DNA from: Candidatus Krumholzibacteriia bacterium
GTDB taxonomy: Bacteria; Krumholzibacteriota; Krumholzibacteriia; JAJRXK01
DNA length: 42,883 bases
Direction: 5' to 3'
NCBI GenBank assembly: GCA_041484665.1
Contig: JBGPIA010000027.1
Coordinates: 1 to 42,883 of the forward strand
Shown here: piece by piece, positions 38,084-42,883 of the stretch
Position numbering within the stretch: position 1 is the stretch's first letter
How the letters are laid out: every line of letters begins with the position of its first letter
Position numbers and translations under genes: made by a program
Notes under the pieces: model-generated
Told to the model about the DNA's origin: nothing
Databases searched by the model: none
What the model saw: the letters and a program-made list of their open reading frames with translations, nothing else

Positions 38084-39022
38084 ATGGCGGCGCGTCCACA
38101 GCAACGGGTCCTCGTCACCGGCGCATCGGGCTACGTCGGATCCCACCTGACGCGGCGGCTTCTCGCGTCGGGCGACGAGGTGCACGCCGTGCTCCGGGTC
38201 GGGTCGAGGGCCGGAGTGCTGGCCGGGATACAGGGCCGGCTCGTGGTCCACGTCCACGACGGTTCGACGGCGGGGCTGCTCGCGCTCCTGCGCGCAGTAC
38301 AACCCGAGCTGGTGTTCCACGTCGCCGGGCGGTTTTTGGCGCAGCACGGACCTGACGACATCGAGCCGCTAGTGACGAGCAATGTGCTCTACGGCACGCA
38401 ACTCCTGGAGGCGATGGCGGAGGCTGGGAGTACGAGATTGATCAACACTGGCAGTTTCTGGCAGCACCTCCAGAACCGGGACTACAGTCCCGTGGCGCTG
38501 TATGCGGCGACGAAGCAGGCCTTCGAGGACATCGTGCAGTTCTACGTGGAGAGCACCGGGCTGCGCGCGATCACGCTTGTTCTGTACGATATCTACGGCC
38601 CCGACGACACGCGGCCCAAACTGTTCACGCAATTGCGCGAGGCCACCGCGCGGGGAAAGGAACTGGCGATGTCGCCCGGCGATCAGCTGCTCGACCTGGT
38701 CTACGTGGAGGACGTGGTAGAGGCCTACCTGATTGCCGCGGCCGCGCTCACTGCCGGCAGCGTCGTGGGGCACGAGCGATACGCCGTCTCCTCTGGAAAC
38801 CCCCTGGGCCTGCGAGAGGTGCTCGCAATCTACGAGCGAGTGACCGGGCGGCGCGTACCGGTCGCCTGGGGCGCACGGCCCTACCGCCCGCGGGAGGTCA
38901 TGACGCCCTGGAGCCGGGGCGTTCCGCTGCCGGGCTGGATGCCGCGCACCCCACTTGCAGTCGGGATCGCGCGCATGGAAGACGAGCGGTCTCTGGGAGA
39001 GCGGCCGCCCGAGCGGCCATGA
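38084..39022 (+). CDS. NAD-dependent CDP-sugar 4-ketoreductase/epimerase (RfbJ/RfbS-like)
   Basis: VTGASGYVG, INTGSFWQ, LYAATK, YGPDD, DLVYVEDV. Directly follows rfbH. Confidence 0.8.
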   Translation: MAARPQQRVLVTGASGYVGSHLTRRLLASGDEVHAVLRVGSRAGVLAGIQGRLVVHVHDGSTAGLLALLRAVQPELVFHVAGRFLAQHGPDDIEPLVTSNVLYGTQLLEAMAEAGSTRLINTGSFWQHLQNRDYSPVALYAATKQAFEDIVQFYVESTGLRAITLVLYDIYGPDDTRPKLFTQLREATARGKELAMSPGDQLLDLVYVEDVVEAYLIAAAALTAGSVVGHERYAVSSGNPLGLREVLAIYERVTGRRVPVAWGARPYRPREVMTPWSRGVPLPGWMPRTPLAVGIARMEDERSLGERPPERP

Positions 39023-39032
39023 CAGGGCTACC

Positions 39033-40562
39033 TTGAACTCCGTGACGGGCGCGCGGATCGCGAAGAATTCGCTTTTCAATCTGGCGCGCACCCTCGTCGC
39101 CGCCCCCCTCACGCTGGCGCTCACCCCTTACGTCCTCGGCCACCTCGGCACGGAGCAGTTCGGGATCTGGGCGTTGGTGGGCGTCCTCTCCTCGTACTTT
39201 GCCTTGAGCGATTTTGGGATCACGCAGACGCTCATCAAGTTCATGGCGGAGTACGAGGCCCGAGCGGACGCGCAGCAACTCAACCGGTTGCTGAACACCG
39301 CCTTGGTCATTTACCTGGCGATCAGCCTCGTGCTGTGCGGGCTGCTCGTGCTGGTAATGCCCCCGATCGTCGACCACGTCCTGAACATCCCGCCACCGCT
39401 GCAAGCGAAGGCACTGCCTGTTCTGAGGCTTGCGGTGGGGCTGTTCTTTGTGAACATGACGATGGGCGTGTTCGGGTCGCTGATCCTGGGCTTCCAGCGC
39501 ATGGGTTACAGCAACGCCATCGCCATCGGCAACGCGCTGTTGGTGGCGGCCGGCACCGTAGTGGTGCTCGAGCGGGGGGGCGGCCTCATGGCGCTGATGG
39601 TGAACAACGCCGTCGGCACCGCCTTCGCCGCATTGGCGAGCTTCGCGGCCGCGCGCCGGCTGTTTCCCGCCATGCGCCTGCGCCTGGTAGGGCTCTTCAG
39701 TCGGGAGATGCTCCGCGTGATCCTGGGCTTCAGCTGGAAGGTGCAGGTGACCAATGTCAGCCAGCTCATGGTGTTCCAGATCGATCGGATCATCCTGAGC
39801 CACTTCGCGGGGCTGGCGGCGGTGAGCAGCTATGAATTGGCCAACCGCATTGCGTCGCAGGCGCGCGCCCTCATTGCCTCCATGTTCACACCGATGATCC
39901 CGGCCGCCTCGGCCCTGAACGCTGCGGAGGAACACGGGCGGGTGTCCGGACTGTACCGTCGTGCTTTCAAGTACATGGTGCTCGCCGATCTGCCGCTCTC
40001 GGTTCTGGTGATCGCGCTGGCGCGCCCGTTCGTGCGCACCTGGCTCGGCGGCGGGTACGGCCAGACTGCGCTCACGATGCAGCTGCTGATGGCCGCCTTC
40101 ATGCTCAACCTGCTGACCGGCCCCGGATCGTTCCTCCTCAATGGGATCAACAAGCCCGAGGTGAACATGCGCGCCTCGCTGTTCGGTGGGCTACTGAACC
40201 TGGCGCTCTGCCTGTCGCTGGTGCGTTGGATCGGCTACTACGGCGTGGTCGTGGGGCTCTCGGCCTCGCTGATCATCTCCGGAGCATACTTCGTGTGGAT
40301 GTTGCACCGCAGCGTGCCTGGCCTGCCGCGTGACGCCTACCGGGTGGCGCTGGTGCGGCCGACGCTGCTAACGCTGACCGCGGGCGGCGCGCTGCTGCTG
40401 TTGGACCGCCGGGCGCACCTGCACGGGTACGCTCTGCTGTGCGCCATCGGCGCGGTCTATCTGGCGGTGGTCGGGATCGGAATCGTCTTCGGCAACTACC
40501 TGGACGCCGTCGACCGGGAGTCCCTCGGGCGGCTGTCGTCGCTGCGGCGGAGGAGGGCATGA
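39033..40562 (+). CDS. Wzx-type oligosaccharide flippase
   Basis: KNSLFN, LGTEQFGIW, SDFGI, QIDRIIL, PAAS; about 14 TM segments. Start TTG 39033 or GTG 39042. Confidence 0.88.
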   Translation: MNSVTGARIAKNSLFNLARTLVAAPLTLALTPYVLGHLGTEQFGIWALVGVLSSYFALSDFGITQTLIKFMAEYEARADAQQLNRLLNTALVIYLAISLVLCGLLVLVMPPIVDHVLNIPPPLQAKALPVLRLAVGLFFVNMTMGVFGSLILGFQRMGYSNAIAIGNALLVAAGTVVVLERGGGLMALMVNNAVGTAFAALASFAAARRLFPAMRLRLVGLFSREMLRVILGFSWKVQVTNVSQLMVFQIDRIILSHFAGLAAVSSYELANRIASQARALIASMFTPMIPAASALNAAEEHGRVSGLYRRAFKYMVLADLPLSVLVIALARPFVRTWLGGGYGQTALTMQLLMAAFMLNLLTGPGSFLLNGINKPEVNMRASLFGGLLNLALCLSLVRWIGYYGVVVGLSASLIISGAYFVWMLHRSVPGLPRDAYRVALVRPTLLTLTAGGALLLLDRRAHLHGYALLCAIGAVYLAVVGIGIVFGNYLDAVDRESLGRLSSLRRRRA

Positions 40563-41503
40563 CGGCGAGTGGAGCCCCGCGCGTGAGCGTGTGCATCCCG
40601 ACTTACGAATACGGCCGCTACCTCCGTGACGCCGTCGAGTCGGTCCTGGCACAGACGTTTGGCGATCTCGAGGTGATCGTCGTAGACAATGCGAGCTCCG
40701 ACGAAACGGAGGAGGTGGCCGCGGCGTGCGTCCAACTGGACCACCGGGTGCGCGCGCGGCGCTCCGAGAGCACCGTGGGCATGGCGGCGAACTGGAACCG
40801 CGCCCTGGTCGAGGCCCGCGGCGAGTACGTGAAAGTTCTCTGCGCCGACGATGTGCTGGATCCGCCGTGTCTGGAGCGGTCGGTGGCCCTGCTCGACCGC
40901 TATCCGCAGGCAACGCTTGCGACGTGCGGGCGCACGTTGGCGACGGAAGACCTACGTCCGGGGCCGGTGGTTGCCTTCCGGGGAAGGGGTGAGCTAGCCG
41001 ACGGCAGGCCGCTGATCCGCCAATGCCTGCTGCACGGCAATCTGGTCGGGGAGCCGACGGCGGTCACGTTTCGCCGCGCGGCGGCGTCGAGCGGCTTCGA
41101 TCCCCGCTACGCGCACCTCGCCGACCTGGAGATGTGGCTGCGCTTGCTTGAGCAGGGAAAGCTGGCGTCCACGCCGGACGTCCTCTGCCGAATCCGCCAG
41201 CACGGGGCCCAGGAAACCGGCGCCAACGTGCGCTCGCTGGCCTTCCTGCGCGACGAGTTCACGCTGATCAAGGACTACGCGGACCGCAGCTACGTGGGGT
41301 TCTCCACTCTGCGCAAGCTGGAGATGCGCTATACGATCGCGTACTACGTTTGGCTGCAGTTGGCGGAGGGGGCCGGCCAAGACGCCGTCGACGCGCTGAT
41401 CGCCGAGCACTGCGATCCGCGGCTGTTCCGCGCGTTCCTCGCAGTCAAGCGCGTCAGGCGCGCCCTGGCCGGCAACCGGACCAAGCGTGACCGCGGGCGC
41501 TAG
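40559..41503 (+). CDS. GT2 glycosyltransferase
   Basis: VSVCIPTY, VDNASSD, NWNRAL..ARGEYV..LCADD, DLEMW. ATGA overlap with wzx. Confidence 0.9.
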   Translation: MTASGAPRVSVCIPTYEYGRYLRDAVESVLAQTFGDLEVIVVDNASSDETEEVAAACVQLDHRVRARRSESTVGMAANWNRALVEARGEYVKVLCADDVLDPPCLERSVALLDRYPQATLATCGRTLATEDLRPGPVVAFRGRGELADGRPLIRQCLLHGNLVGEPTAVTFRRAAASSGFDPRYAHLADLEMWLRLLEQGKLASTPDVLCRIRQHGAQETGANVRSLAFLRDEFTLIKDYADRSYVGFSTLRKLEMRYTIAYYVWLQLAEGAGQDAVDALIAEHCDPRLFRAFLAVKRVRRALAGNRTKRDRGR

Positions 41504-42192
41504 TCCCGCGAAGAACCGTAGAGGCTCTTGACGGTCCCCCACGAGGTAGCGGTGCCTGGGACTGCCTGATAGGCCTCGATCAACAGGTTGTCGAACTCGG
41601 CGATCCCGATCCCCAAGCCGCCCGCATTGACGCCCAAGAAGATGTCTCCAAACTGCGGAGGTTCTGGGTCGGTGTACTGGATCAACTGCGTACCGTTGAC
41701 CTCTACGCGGATTGTCGGTCCCGTGACCGTGATGACGAGATGCTGCCACTCTGCTGTGTGATGAACCACTGGCGCCTCCGCTAGGATCGTGGGGTAGTCC
41801 TCCCCGAAATACCCCTTGACGAGGAGCACTCGATTGGCAGGCTCAGAGCCCAGGTCGACGTGGTAGCCGTACAGGTCCGAGCCCCGCGAGCGAAACGCGA
41901 CGTCCTTCTTCCTGGTTCCATCCAGGTCGCGCAGATCGACCGAAATCCGGAAGTCCAAGTACTGACAATCCCAGGATGTCACGTGCACCACGTCGCTCGG
42001 AATGCCCTGGATCTCGAGGTGCAGGGTGCCATTCACAAAGGAGACCGTGCCGGTGCTGCCGGGTACCCACTGGGAGGGTGACGGATTCGAGAAGTCCTCT
42101 TGCACAAGACAAGCTTGCGCATGAACACTGTAAGGTACGCCGCACAACATTGCGATTGCGTACGCGGCGAGTGAAATCACTCCTGCCTTCAT
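41500..42192 (-). CDS. Secreted beta-sandwich protein (DUF1080/ConA-like) with C-terminal SWGTVKSLY motif
   Basis: Signal peptide ending VHA-Q; EDFS, Y.DF.ISVD, WQHLVITVTGPTIRVEVNG, GDIFLG, AEFDNL. GGAG RBS. Confidence 0.72.
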   Translation of the reverse strand: MKAGVISLAAYAIAMLCGVPYSVHAQACLVQEDFSNPSPSQWVPGSTGTVSFVNGTLHLEIQGIPSDVVHVTSWDCQYLDFRISVDLRDLDGTRKKDVAFRSRGSDLYGYHVDLGSEPANRVLLVKGYFGEDYPTILAEAPVVHHTAEWQHLVITVTGPTIRVEVNGTQLIQYTDPEPPQFGDIFLGVNAGGLGIGIAEFDNLLIEAYQAVPGTATSWGTVKSLYGSSRD

Positions 42193-42556
42193 AGCTCACT
42201 CCGTTCTGAAAGACGCATTAGGACGCCCATAAGACTAAACATATGCTCCTGTGCATACCGAGAGTAGACCAAATAATGTGACCTCCCCCCCTGGGGGGCC
42301 AATGCTCGCTGACGGACTGTGCTCACGCGCCAGGACATCGGCAGGCCGAGCAAACTCCAGGACAGGAAGTCGGTCAGGCTGTACGTTTCTACGACGGTGC
42401 GCTCGGCCTCTCGCTCGCGGGAGCTCAACACCCGTACAACCGGCGAGCCCGTTGACTGCCGCAGCTCGAACTCCGCCCCCCCGGGGGCCCACCGTCATGG
42501 TACATCACCGGCGGGCCGCTCACGGCGCTTCGGTTCGACGCCTACCCAGCTCGATC

Positions 42557-42883
42557 CTACTGCTCGTAGTACTCCGTGCCCAGGTGCGTGATGAGCGCTT
42601 CGCCCATCCAGTGACGCAGCGTGTTCTTGAGCTTGATCTGCTGGATGAACAGGTCGTGCTCGGGGTAGAGATCCGGCGCGACCTGCGGGCTCTTGAAGTA
42701 GAAGCTGAGCCACTCCTGGATGCCGCGCTGGCCGGCCCGCTGCGCCAGGTCCATGAACAGGGCCAGATCGAGCACGATCGGCGCGGCCAGGATGCTGTCG
42801 CGGCAGAGGAAGTCGACCTTGATCTGCATCGGGTAGCCCATCCACCCGAAGATGTCGATGTTGTCCCAGCCTTCCTTGTTGTC
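42557..42883 (-). CDS. ino1: Myo-inositol-1-phosphate synthase, C-terminal part (5'-truncated by window edge)
   Basis: DNKEGWDNIDIFGWMGYPMQIKVDFLCRDSILAAPIVLDL...QEWLSFYFKSP. Confidence 0.92.
   Translation of the reverse strand, partial: DNKEGWDNIDIFGWMGYPMQIKVDFLCRDSILAAPIVLDLALFMDLAQRAGQRGIQEWLSFYFKSPQVAPDLYPEHDLFIQQIKLKNTLRHWMGEALITHLGTEYYEQ

Overview
High-GC bacterial chromosomal region dominated by a roughly 37-kb mosaic of cell-surface glycan genes. Left flank: a partial ORF, a heterodimeric ABC exporter and an orphan ParA/Soj ATPase. Next come an O-antigen-ligase-like protein, a Wzi-like outer-membrane protein, an SDR, PgeF/YfiH and a divergent CslA-like GT2 / GT87-like pair. A rightward Wzy-type export operon follows (multi-SLBB OPX, Wzz-like PCP, MurJ-like flippase, AsnB, GT4, Wzy-like). 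It converges on a leftward sugar-synthesis operon (Wzx broken by an in-frame TAG, WbgX-like aminotransferase, phosphoglycosyl transferase, WbpB/D/E-like enzymes, GT2, methyltransferase). Divergent from that operon is a CapD/PglF dehydratase with a sigma54-like promoter. A 151-bp relic of a second wbpB marks the junction to a CDP-3,6-dideoxyhexose block (rfbG-like paralog, rfbF-rfbG-rfbH, reductase, Wzx, GT2). The window ends with a less GC-rich secreted protein carrying a C-terminal SWGxVKxLY motif and the 3' end of myo-inositol-1-phosphate synthase. Best leads: the candidate C-terminal sorting signal, a predicted AATGal plus diamino-uronate (possibly zwitterionic) glycan, the nonsense-interrupted wzx, the wbpB relic, and the orphan ParA next to the glycan machinery. 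No rRNA, tRNA, CRISPR or transposase was recognised. All calls come from reading motifs by eye; no database searches were run.
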